The position numbers were made by a program, and so were the translations under genes. Below, one piece after another: positions 1-8,065 of a DNA stretch of 26,505 nucleotides. The stretch comes from Flavobacteriales bacterium (GTDB lineage Bacteria > Bacteroidota > Bacteroidia > Flavobacteriales_D > Crocinitomicaceae). Every line of letters begins with the position of its first letter. Position 1 is the first letter of the stretch. The notes beneath the pieces are model-generated. The model had not been told where the DNA came from. It saw only the letters and a list, made by a program, of their open reading frames with translations, and did no database searches. Location: positions 1 through 26,505 of the forward strand of contig RFNX01000591.1 of NCBI GenBank assembly GCA_009926905.1. Direction: 5' to 3'.

Positions 1-2643
1 TTCTAATGAAGCTAAATTTTGAGAAGTGACAAAGAAAATATCATTGCTCTGATCGTCATTTGGTGAGAATACATTTGGAACAAAAATTTCAGGTGGTAAT
101 AATGCTTTTACGATTTTTGAAACTGTATCTGTACAATATCCATTTGATGCTACCAGATAAACAAGATAATCTTGTGGAGCAATTGAATAGTTGGTAAAGG
201 TATTTCCATAATTAATAGTTATTGAATCCAAACCATTTCCAAAATCCCAAACAAAATTATTGGCGTTAGCACTATTGTTTGTAAATATTACATTTAATGG
301 CACATAACCTGAATTTGAACTTGGTGTAAAATCAGCTATTGGAAGTGGTAAAGCTGTAACAGAAATTGACGCTTGACCAACACAACCATACTGATCAACT
401 CCTGTAACTATATAAGTTTTATTTTGATTGGCAACAAAAGGTACTCCATTTGTAACACCAAAATTCCAGCTATATGTAGCACCTGGGCCAGCACCTGTAG
501 CATTTAAAGTAACTTGTTGTCCAACACAAACCGTTGGAGGTGTTCCTGGGTCAATGATTGGAGTTTGCACCACAACAACCGTTACATAATCTACTGTTAC
601 ACAACCATTATCACTTGTTCCGTAAACAGTATAAGTAGCTGTTTCTGTTGGTGTGAATTCTACGCTATCTACTACTGGCGCATCCCATTCGATAACTGGT
701 GTTCCTGTAGCGTGTAAAGTTATTGAGCCACCAATACAAAATAAAGTATCATTTCCCCCAAAAACTGGAATATTTGGATTTACAGTGACTGTTGAATATG
801 CTGGTAAACTTGGACAACCATTCAAGGTGTAAACAAGTGAGAAAATCATTGTAGAATCTGGAAAATAGGTCAAATTCGATGTAGTTGAATCTACTGGTTG
901 CCAATCGTATGCTCCACCAGAAACACTCACTGTTGAGTTGATTGTTGCTTGTTGTCCTTGACAAATAGTTTGGTTTGGACTTACAGAAATCGTAGGAGTT
1001 GGTTTAATTGTAATTGTCAAAGTATCAATTGTTGCACAAATCGAAGAATCGGGTGTAAAAATATAATTTGTTACTCCAGAAACGCTTGTAGAAATGGTAG
1101 GAATGTTCCAAACTCCGGTAATACTTGGATTATTAGACGAAGAAGTTGGAAGAGTTAATGGATTTGATCCCTGACACAAAGTAGAAATTGGATTGAATGT
1201 CGTTGTATCTGGTGCGATTACAGTAATATCCATTGTTGTTGAGAAAGCACATTCACCTGGGTTTGGTATAAATGAATAAGTGGTAATTCCAATTATAGAA
1301 CTATCAATTAAAGCAGGGCTCCAAGTTCCTGTAATAGAAATTGAATCAATTGAATTTAATGATAAAAGTGGAGAAGTTGCATTGTGACATAAATTTGGAA
1401 TAGTATCAAAAGTTGGAGTAAATCTTGTAATTACATATACTGTTGACGTGTCAGTTGCTGTACATAAAGCACCAGCATCATAAGTTACTGTGTAGTTTGT
1501 AGTTACTGTAGGGGAAACCACAATACTTTGTGTTGTTTCTCCTGTTGACCATAAATAAGTGCCGCCAGAACCTGGATTTGAAGCAGTGATAGTTGCAGAA
1601 CCAACCTCGCAAATTACTGGGTCATTTGTAACAATTACTGGAACATTGTTGCTTAATGCTACAGTTACTGTCTGAACAACTGGAGGTGTACAAGTTCCTC
1701 CATCATCAACTGTTACTGTATATGTACCAGGAGTTAAACCCGAAATTGTTGATGTTGTTTGCGGTGGATTTGTGTTCCATGAATACGTGTAAGGAGGGAA
1801 ACCATTAATAGCTGTTGCTGTAGCTGTTCCATCACTCCCTGCACAAGACACTGGAGTTGTTGAAGCTGTTGCATTTAATGCGGTGGAACAATCTAAGAAA
1901 TCAACAAAAACACCAGAATCATAAATCCCATCACCTGCATCTGCAATAGCAAGTTTAAAATGATATGATTGACATGGAACTACATCAATATCACTTGTAA
2001 TAATTGTTGTAAAAGCATCTAATTTTACAGCTGTTCCTGTTGCATTATTAACATAAAAGGTATTATTTGTGTTTGCATTTACATTATCTATACTCACAAT
2101 GGTTCCATTTGGTAATGTTGCAATATTTGTATTAGTATAAACACCTCCTAGAGGATTTTGACCTGTAACAAAAAAACCAAAGGCATCATTAAATCCAGAA
2201 CTTACAAATTCAGGATATTCTTCAGACCCAAAAACAAAACGAATTCTCAAGGTTGAACAAGAAGGTACTACATCAAACTCTAGAATACAACAATCATTTG
2301 TAGCTTCAACATCTAAAGTACTCAATTGAGGATCATTACAGTTCGAATTATTTCCTGTGCTCCAAAATGCAGAACCATTACCAGCCAAAGTACTAACATT
2401 ACCTGTTGTTAATAAAACTCCAGAAGGAATACCCAAATTTGTTGTTCCTCCACCAGTAAATGTTCCATAAGCATTGTTGGGACAAGTAATGACAGGGTTT
2501 GTTACAGTTAATCCAGGTCCAATCATACTACTTGTAATTATAGTTGCAGAAGCTCCTTGATTAGCTATTACTAATTGAGAAAAAAGTGATTTACTAGAAA
2601 AAATAAAGATTGAAAGTAGAATTAAATAATGCTTAATTGACAT
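1..2643 (-). CDS. T9SS type-B sorting (gliding-motility-associated C-terminal / CHU_C) surface protein with N-terminal choice-of-anchor L domain, SprB/Ig-like repeats and a PKD domain; 3' end runs off the window
   Basis: Not in the ORF track because its stop lies outside the window. ATG at 2643 gives MSIKHYLILLSIFIFSSKSLFSQ (signal peptide). The choice-of-anchor-L-like segment follows (GVLLTTGN...DCCILEFDVVP...FVFGSEEYPEFVSSGFNDAFGFF), then a PKD-like segment (PIADFTPSSNSGYVPLNVIFTNNSANANNFVWDFGNG). The CHU_C start VPNVFSPNDDQSNDIFFV is at about 30-85. Spot checks at several positions stay in the same frame (881 codons in the window). Confidence 0.9.
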   Translation of the reverse strand, partial: MSIKHYLILLSIFIFSSKSLFSQLVIANQGASATIITSSMIGPGLTVTNPVITCPNNAYGTFTGGGTTNLGIPSGVLLTTGNVSTLAGNGSAFWSTGNNSNCNDPQLSTLDVEATNDCCILEFDVVPSCSTLRIRFVFGSEEYPEFVSSGFNDAFGFFVTGQNPLGGVYTNTNIATLPNGTIVSIDNVNANTNNTFYVNNATGTAVKLDAFTTIITSDIDVVPCQSYHFKLAIADAGDGIYDSGVFVDFLDCSTALNATASTTPVSCAGSDGTATATAINGFPPYTYSWNTNPPQTTSTISGLTPGTYTVTVDDGGTCTPPVVQTVTVALSNNVPVIVTNDPVICEVGSATITASNPGSGGTYLWSTGETTQSIVVSPTVTTNYTVTYDAGALCTATDTSTVYVITRFTPTFDTIPNLCHNATSPLLSLNSIDSISITGTWSPALIDSSIIGITTYSFIPNPGECAFSTTMDITVIAPDTTTFNPISTLCQGSNPLTLPTSSSNNPSITGVWNIPTISTSVSGVTNYIFTPDSSICATIDTLTITIKPTPTISVSPNQTICQGQQATINSTVSVSGGAYDWQPVDSTTSNLTYFPDSTMIFSLVYTLNGCPSLPAYSTVTVNPNIPVFGGNDTLFCIGGSITLHATGTPVIEWDAPVVDSVEFTPTETATYTVYGTSDNGCVTVDYVTVVVVQTPIIDPGTPPTVCVGQQVTLNATGAGPGATYSWNFGVTNGVPFVANQNKTYIVTGVDQYGCVGQASISVTALPLPIADFTPSSNSGYVPLNVIFTNNSANANNFVWDFGNGLDSITINYGNTFTNYSIAPQDYLVYLVASNGYCTDTVSKIVKALLPPEIFVPNVFSPNDDQSNDIFFVTSQNLASLE

Positions 2644-2695
2644 ATTTTAGTTTTGGTTTGAGTTAAACGTGTTAATACAATTTTAAGTTGCATAC

Positions 2696-2703
2696 CAAAA
2701 TTA
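2696..2703 (-). promoter_or_regulatory. Candidate Bacteroidota -7 promoter element (TAATTTTG) for the left adhesin gene
   Basis: CAAAATTA on + reads TAATTTTG on -, matching the TAnnTTTG consensus, about 50 nt upstream of the ATG at 2643. No well-spaced -33 element found. Confidence 0.45.
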
Positions 2704-2727
2704 AGCATTTGTTTTTCAAATAAAGCA

Positions 2728-2735
2728 TAATTTTG
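2728..2735 (+). promoter_or_regulatory. Bacteroidota -7 promoter element (TAATTTTG) for recF
   Basis: TAnnTTTG match 7 nt before the recF ATG, with TTTG at 2708-2711 upstream. Confidence 0.65.
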
Positions 2736-2742
2736 GGCACTT

Positions 2743-3852
2743 ATGTATTTGTCTTCTCTCTCTTTACTCCATTTTAAAAATTTTACAGAACTTGAAATTC
2801 AATTTTCTAAAGGTATTAATGGAATTGTTGGCAAAAATGGAAGTGGTAAAACAAATATTTTAGACGCTGTACATTATTTAAGTATGTGTAAGTCATATTT
2901 GAATACAATTGATCGACAAAATATTCAATTTGATCAAAGTTTTTTCAGTATCAATGGCGATTGGTCGAATGAAGATAAAAACTACAACGTTCACTGTGCC
3001 TTTAAATTAGGAGCTAAAAAGGTGTTCAAAATCAACAAGAAGGAGTACGAAAAATTAGCAGAACATATTGGTCGTTTTCCTGTAGTTTTTATTTCACCAT
3101 ATGACGGCGATTTGATTGCTGAAGGAAGTGAATTGCGTCGAAAATGGATGGATGGAATTTTATCTCAAATAGATAAAGAATATTTAGAACATATTCAGCG
3201 CTACGCAAAGGTTTTGGAACAACGAAATGCGCTTTTGAAAAATATGTACGAACATCGGCTATTTGACCGTGAATCCATAGATGTTTGGGATTTTCAATTG
3301 GTTCAAGTAGGGCAAAAAATCCATGAGAAACGCAAAACCTTTTTAGAAGAATTCATTCCTGTTTTCAATCGTTTTTACAATGAAATTGGATTGGAAAACG
3401 AAGAAGTTCATATTGAATACCGTTCTCAATTGAATGATGGCGATTTTATGGAATTATTAAAAAGTTCCGAACGAAAAGATGCGGCAACGCAATATACGAA
3501 TGTGGGCACACACAAAGACGATTTAACTTTTAACATCAAAGGTCATCCTGTTAAGAAATTCGGTTCACAAGGTCAGCAAAAATCGTTTTTGATTTCCCTT
3601 CGAATTGCACAGTATGACTGGCTAAAACAACACAAAGGATTGAAACCTGTTTTGCTACTTGATGATATTTTTGACAAGTTGGACAATAGCCGTGTGGCAC
3701 GTTTAATTGAATTGGTAACAACGGATTATTTTGGGCAAGTCATTGTTACAGATACTGATCCACGAAGAATGAAGGAGCTTTTCGAATCCTTGCCAATAGA
3801 AAAGAAACTATTTGAATTAAATAACGGTGAAATTTCGACAATTTTAGAGTAG
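2743..3852 (+). CDS. recF: DNA replication and repair protein RecF
   Basis: Walker A GKNGSGKTN, signature SQGQQK, Walker B LLLDD; 369 aa is a typical RecF length. Confidence 0.97.
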   Translation: MYLSSLSLLHFKNFTELEIQFSKGINGIVGKNGSGKTNILDAVHYLSMCKSYLNTIDRQNIQFDQSFFSINGDWSNEDKNYNVHCAFKLGAKKVFKINKKEYEKLAEHIGRFPVVFISPYDGDLIAEGSELRRKWMDGILSQIDKEYLEHIQRYAKVLEQRNALLKNMYEHRLFDRESIDVWDFQLVQVGQKIHEKRKTFLEEFIPVFNRFYNEIGLENEEVHIEYRSQLNDGDFMELLKSSERKDAATQYTNVGTHKDDLTFNIKGHPVKKFGSQGQQKSFLISLRIAQYDWLKQHKGLKPVLLLDDIFDKLDNSRVARLIELVTTDYFGQVIVTDTDPRRMKELFESLPIEKKLFELNNGEISTILE

Positions 3853-3861
3853 TTTTAAGCT

Positions 3862-4167
3862 ATGAAAGAAGAAGACAAACGCAATTCGAACGAACAACCA
3901 TTGAAAGATGTAATCGATAAATTATTGAAGGCTTACTCATTGGATCATAAGATGAAAGAATTAGATGTTATTGCCAATTGGGAAATTTTGATGGGTAAAG
4001 CTGTTGCGTTTCGAACGAAAGAAATTACAATCAAGAATAGAAGAATGCGCTTGGTAATTGATTCTTCAGTAATGCGCGAAGAATTGAGTCACGGCAAACA
4101 ATTAATCATCGATCGCGTAAATGAATTCGCAGGTTTTGAAGTGATAAATGATATTTGGTTCGCTTAA
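3862..4167 (+). CDS. dciA: DUF721 domain protein (DciA family replicative helicase loader)
   Basis: 101 aa with the DUF721 pattern (W..LMG..VA.RT...I....L..DSSVMREEL...K..II.RVN), 9 nt after recF. The recF-DUF721 pairing is common in Bacteroidota. The dciA symbol is by family association. Confidence 0.85.
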   Translation: MKEEDKRNSNEQPLKDVIDKLLKAYSLDHKMKELDVIANWEILMGKAVAFRTKEITIKNRRMRLVIDSSVMREELSHGKQLIIDRVNEFAGFEVINDIWFA

Positions 4168-4209
4168 AAACGAATTTTGATGCTTAATCTTTGTTGTTTG
4201 ATTTTGACG

Positions 4210-4902
4210 TTATTTTATTGGCGTTTTCACATATTGAAACAACCAATCGTATAATTCATCCGTTCTGAAAACGCGTTCCAAATCGCCATGATTCGCACCC
4301 GGAACAATTGTAAACTTTAAATTTTCATCTGTACAAGCTTTGATAGCATTGACCATTTTTTGAGATTCACTCAAAGGAACAGCGGCATCTCGATTTCCAT
4401 GCTGAATCCAAACTGGAATCGTTGACAATGCTGCTCCGTCCTTAGGATTTCCGCCACCACACAAAGCAACTGCTGCAGTAACAATTTCTGGATATGCGCC
4501 TGCAAAACCTAAAGTACCATAAGCTCCAAGGCTCATTCCAGCTACATAAACTCGGCTTGTATCTGTATCAAAAGTTCGTTGAACAAATTGTAAAACGGAA
4601 AGAATTTTCTCAGGCTCCCACGATTTTCCAGCAGGAACTTGAGGTGCAATTACAATCGCTGGAATGTTTCTTCCTTTTTCGATTTCATGAATGACACCGT
4701 ACTTTTTAACCAATTCCAAATTATTTCCTGATAGGCTTCTTCCGTGTAGAAAAATCAAGATTGGAGGTTTAGTTTTAAGAATACTATCTGAAGGTAAATG
4801 CAACCAAAAAGGATATTCTGCTTGATTGTAAATGGGCTGAAGCTGAGATTTAGCAATAAACTGAAAGCTTAAAAACAAGAAGAAAACTAGTCCTTTTTTC
4901 AT
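4210..4902 (-). CDS. Secreted alpha/beta-hydrolase (phospholipase/carboxylesterase, predicted-peptidase type)
   Basis: FLHG oxyanion motif, nucleophile elbow GMSLG, HGNRD Asp and ANHG His. Signal peptide MKKGLVFFLFLSFQFIAKS. ATG 4902 preferred over the TTG at 4911 because 4911 lies inside the -7 promoter element. Confidence 0.85.
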   Translation of the reverse strand: MKKGLVFFLFLSFQFIAKSQLQPIYNQAEYPFWLHLPSDSILKTKPPILIFLHGRSLSGNNLELVKKYGVIHEIEKGRNIPAIVIAPQVPAGKSWEPEKILSVLQFVQRTFDTDTSRVYVAGMSLGAYGTLGFAGAYPEIVTAAVALCGGGNPKDGAALSTIPVWIQHGNRDAAVPLSESQKMVNAIKACTDENLKFTIVPGANHGDLERVFRTDELYDWLFQYVKTPIK

Positions 4903-4908
4903 GGACTG

Positions 4909-4916
4909 CAAAGTTA
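4909..4916 (-). promoter_or_regulatory. -7 promoter element TAACTTTG for the hydrolase gene
   Basis: CAAAGTTA on +, 6 nt upstream of ATG 4902. Confidence 0.65.
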
Positions 4917-4994
4917 CCTTGTAATGATTATTGTCTGATTTTTACTTTTTCACAGCAGATAAAAAGTTGCGAACAGAAGGGAAAAGGGATTTTT

Positions 4995-5180
4995 GACATT
5001 ACGAGAAATGAGAAAATGAAGAATGAGGGAATGACGAATTGATGTTGGGACATTAAGATTTTAAGACGGAAGGAGAAATGAGAGAATGATGAATAAGAGA
5101 ATGACAAATAGATATTATGATTTTAAGACACTAGGACAATAAGATTAAAAGACTTAAAAGAGTAGACTTTTAGATTTTAT
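4995..5180. repeat. Degenerate ~8-bp tandem repeat region (GAyWWTAR units plus purine-rich GAGAATG-like units)
   Basis: GACATTAC at 4995; GAGAAATG/AGAAAATG/AAGAATG/AGGGAATG at 5003-5034; GACATTAA-GATTTTAA at 5049-5064; seven consecutive octamers at 5103-5158 (GACAAATA GATATTAT GATTTTAA GACACTAG GACAATAA GATTAAAA GACTTAAA); GACTTTTA at 5165. Confidence 0.75.
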
Positions 5181-5878
5181 AAACCGAAGTTTCGCTGTAA
5201 GCTATCTACAACATCTGTTTTTTGTTCTGAGTCTTCGCGTTTTTTTAATAAATAGCCAATACCGAAACCACCACCGATTCCAAATCCAGTTGAAGCCACT
5301 TTACGCGTTTCAATGAATAAATTTGCAGTTATGTTATTAGAAAATGAATATGAAACTTTAGTTCCAAAAGACATAGAATATTTCAATTTACTGTAGTTTT
5401 CAGCGCGATTTATTACCCAATCAACCCCTAAAACATTCGCGTAAGGCGCTACATCCCAGTGATAACCAATAGGAAAATGATAACTCACACCGTCAGGGCA
5501 AATGGTCAAAAGTAAGCCTGCCAATGCTCCCAAATAACCATAATTGAATTGATTACTGTTGTCTGTATTCCAAGAATTACCATTTGAAATTCCAGAAATC
5601 AAACCTATGATAAAAAGCGGTGGGCCCGCAAGTGAACCAATGGAACCATGAATTTGCGAATAACCATCGGTGCGATATTGATACTCCAAATTATAGTTTA
5701 AACCTATTTTTGGCTTCACCATCCATTCCATACTAGCTCCGATGTTGTAGTAATTATTTTTATCAATGATTCCAGAACTCGCTTTTCCATAAATGTGAAA
5801 TCTATATTCATTCAGCTGTGAATGGGCAGTAAATACAGAACAACAAAGTAAAGCACTTAACAACAAAACGTTTTTCAT
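5177..5878 (-). CDS. Hypothetical exported protein, probably a small outer-membrane beta-barrel with an internal hydrophobic insertion
   Basis: Signal peptide MKNVLLLSALLCCSVFTAHS. Alternating amphipathic strands (NIGASMEWM, IGLNYNLEY, SFGTKVSYSF, GFGIGGGFGIGYLL). No family recognised. Confidence 0.75.
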   Translation of the reverse strand: MKNVLLLSALLCCSVFTAHSQLNEYRFHIYGKASSGIIDKNNYYNIGASMEWMVKPKIGLNYNLEYQYRTDGYSQIHGSIGSLAGPPLFIIGLISGISNGNSWNTDNSNQFNYGYLGALAGLLLTICPDGVSYHFPIGYHWDVAPYANVLGVDWVINRAENYSKLKYSMSFGTKVSYSFSNNITANLFIETRKVASTGFGIGGGFGIGYLLKKREDSEQKTDVVDSLQRNFGL

Positions 5879-5907
5879 GAGTGAAAGATAAGGATTTTTT
5901 TGTTTTT

Positions 5908-6043
5908 GACTTTAGGACGTTAAGATATTAGGACATTAAGACTTTAGGATATTAGGACATTAAGACTTTAGGATATTAGGACATTAAGACTTTAGGATAT
6001 TAGGACATTGAGACTTTAGGATATTAGGATATTAGGACTTTAT
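5908..6043. repeat. Tandem array of 17 octamers with a 24-bp higher-order unit (GACATTAA GACTTTAG GATATTAG)
   Basis: Read directly: three perfect 24-mers at 5932-6003, a near-perfect fourth at 6004-6027, and degenerate octamers at both ends. Followed by GAGGAATGAGGG, which resembles the second motif of the 4995-5180 array. Confidence 0.95.
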
Positions 6044-6061
6044 GAGGAATGAGGGGGTTAA

Positions 6062-6958
6062 TTATTTGCTTTCGAGTTTGTAAGAAATTCCGATTCCTAA
6101 AACTGATTTGAATTGCGTTCGTGGACCGTAACCACCTTTTACATCGCGAATATTAATATCGTCGTCGTAAATCAAATTCCATTGTGCCGAAGCTGAAAAG
6201 AGTGAATTTACTCGAAACAAAAGCAATACTTCTGCATTGACATCAATGTTTTGAGGATTATTTAAATAGTTGCTAAACAGCTCCAATTTCGTTTTCATTT
6301 CGATATTTTTTGCAAGTACTCGATTGAATTTCATTTTTAAATATGCTCCATATTCTTGTCGGTAACGACTTCCTTTTTCGACTCCAAAAGCTCCAATTGA
6401 CGACAACGAATCGTTCAAAACGAAGGTAGATTTAGCCGCTACCAGTGAAGCGAAAATTGAGAAATTATCTGATTTTGCAAAATCAACACCAAGCGCCATA
6501 TTCAAATACCCTGGTGCCATAAACGTTGAAACTTTCACAGAATCGTTTGGGTAATTGAAACCATCTGCCATTTGAGTTTTAAAACCGCCCAAAAACGTTA
6601 CGAATAAATGGTCGTTAAAATTATACCCTACAGAGCTCGATAAGTCCAATCGATCATCCGTTTTTTGCAACGAAACTCCTGTGGTTTTGTCAAGATATTT
6701 GATTCCCCCAAGTGCGACACTTAAATCATTAGTCCATTTGATTTTTTTCTTGTTATAATAAGCGCTTGCTCCAATCGAGCCAATCAATGAAATATTGTTT
6801 CTCCCACCTGCATTCCAGTTTATAAATGAATTTTGTGTTCCATTCACAGAATAAAGTGATTTCAATTTCCAATTTTTTACAGAATCTTGCTGTGCGTGCA
6901 TAGAATTATGTAACAAAATTATTACTGATAGTAAGGTAAATAGCTTAGTTTTGTACAT
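6062..6958 (-). CDS. DUF3078 domain outer-membrane protein
   Basis: NWNAGGRNN, KTDDRLDLSS and FMAPGYLN motifs and the DDD.....GPRTQFKSVLGIGISY C-terminus match DUF3078. True start taken as MYKTKLF at 6958 (signal peptide). The ORF-track extension to 7135 overlaps the opposite gene. Confidence 0.85.
   Translation of the reverse strand: MYKTKLFTLLSVIILLHNSMHAQQDSVKNWKLKSLYSVNGTQNSFINWNAGGRNNISLIGSIGASAYYNKKKIKWTNDLSVALGGIKYLDKTTGVSLQKTDDRLDLSSSVGYNFNDHLFVTFLGGFKTQMADGFNYPNDSVKVSTFMAPGYLNMALGVDFAKSDNFSIFASLVAAKSTFVLNDSLSSIGAFGVEKGSRYRQEYGAYLKMKFNRVLAKNIEMKTKLELFSNYLNNPQNIDVNAEVLLLFRVNSLFSASAQWNLIYDDDINIRDVKGGYGPRTQFKSVLGIGISYKLESK
6946..6953 (+). promoter_or_regulatory. Candidate -7 element TAGTTTTG for the DUF3089 gene, inside the DUF3078 CDS
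   Basis: TAnnTTTG match 31 nt upstream of ATG 6985. Confidence 0.4.
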
Positions 6959-6976
6959 CAATAAATTTTTAATTCG

Positions 6977-6984
6977 CAAAAATA
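6977..6984 (-). promoter_or_regulatory. Candidate -7 element TATTTTTG for the DUF3078 gene
   Basis: CAAAAATA on +, abutting the ATG of the opposite gene and 18 nt upstream of ATG 6958. Confidence 0.5.
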
Positions 6985-7962
6985 ATGTTCTCAAAAATTG
7001 CTGTACTCGTAACACTTTGGAATCTATCAACATTCTATTGTTTCTCCCAGAATCCAAACTATGCCGAAAAAGCCAACTGGGCTGTACTGCCTGGTAATTA
7101 CTCCAAAGAACTTTCAAGTTATTTAAAAGACACAAGTTTATTGTCGAAAGTGGATGTTTTTTATGTTTACCCTACTGTGTTTTTAGATAAAGCAGACGAA
7201 CGTTGGAACATTCCAATTGAAGACGAGGGACAACGTAAAAAAATCATTGACAATGCTATTCGTTTTCAAGCATCGGCTTGGGTAGAAGCTGGAAGATTGT
7301 TTGTTCCATTTTATCGTCAGGCGCATATTCGTTCTTATCGAAATATCGACAAAGGAGGAAGAGAAGCTTTAATGTTTGCTTACAGTGATGTTAAAGCATC
7401 TTTTCAATATTATTTAGATCATTACAACAAAGGTCGTCCAATTATTTTAGCTGGTCATAGTCAAGGTTCGACGCATTTAATGTTATTATTAAAAGATTTC
7501 TTCGACAACAAACCACTCCAAAAACAATTAGTTGCAGCTTATTTACCCGGAATTGGAATTAAAAAAAATGAATACCAAACGTTGAAATTATTGACTGATT
7601 CAACGCAAACTGGAGGATATGTGAGCTGGAATACTTTTAAGAAAAAATTGAATCACGAAAAATATGACAATTGGTACAAAGGCTCATCAGTTGTGAATCC
7701 AGTTACGTGGGATTTATCAAAAACTGCGGACAGAAGTATTCACAGAGGATTTCTGTTTAACAATAATACTTTATATTCCAAGTCTTTTACAACTCATTTA
7801 ATCGATGGAGCAATATGGATTTCGACGCCACATTTCCCCTACAGAAGCATGGCTTGGACTATGGATGATTACCATATTGGTGACGTCAATTTATTTTGGG
7901 AAGATGTGCGTCATAATGCAAAATTGAGGGCGAGCACATTTATTAAAAATTCTGAGAAATAA
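6985..7962 (+). CDS. DUF3089 family alpha/beta-hydrolase (putative esterase), exported
   Basis: VDVFYVYPT, PFYRQA, GRPIILAGHSQG nucleophile elbow, NPVTW and YHIGDVNLFW are typical DUF3089 motifs. N-terminal signal peptide. Confidence 0.88.
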   Translation: MFSKIAVLVTLWNLSTFYCFSQNPNYAEKANWAVLPGNYSKELSSYLKDTSLLSKVDVFYVYPTVFLDKADERWNIPIEDEGQRKKIIDNAIRFQASAWVEAGRLFVPFYRQAHIRSYRNIDKGGREALMFAYSDVKASFQYYLDHYNKGRPIILAGHSQGSTHLMLLLKDFFDNKPLQKQLVAAYLPGIGIKKNEYQTLKLLTDSTQTGGYVSWNTFKKKLNHEKYDNWYKGSSVVNPVTWDLSKTADRSIHRGFLFNNNTLYSKSFTTHLIDGAIWISTPHFPYRSMAWTMDDYHIGDVNLFWEDVRHNAKLRASTFIKNSEK

Positions 7963-8034
7963 GTGCGTTCAAAAACATTTTAAAACTCTTTGCGATTTCG
8001 ATTGTTCATTGATTTACGATTCACTTTGAAATCG

Positions 8035-8042
8035 TATATTTG
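8035..8042 (+). promoter_or_regulatory. -7 element TATATTTG for gcvP, overlapped by an inverted repeat
   Basis: TAnnTTTG match 23 nt upstream of ATG 8066. Confidence 0.6.
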
Positions 8043-8065
8043 ACCCCGCATTTAAACCTCATTTT

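Noticed and set aside
514-1158. Short ORFs 514-717(+), 749-964(-) and 949-1158(+)
   Set aside because: They are shadows or off-frame products of the long minus-strand adhesin gene.
4168-4209. Terminator between the convergent dciA and hydrolase genes
   Set aside because: The region is T-rich, but I could not find a convincing stem-loop.
5908-6043. CRISPR-like array
   Set aside because: Units are 8/24 bp and contiguous with no unique spacers, and there are no cas genes in the window.
6959-7135. N-terminal 59-aa extension of the DUF3078 ORF in the ORF track
   Set aside because: It overlaps the DUF3089 gene on the other strand, and the signal peptide starts at Met60 (6958).
7963-8065. Glycine riboswitch upstream of gcvP
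   Set aside because: The spacer is only ~100 nt, the aptamer's conserved GGAGA core is absent, and the promoter lies ~23 nt from the ATG.
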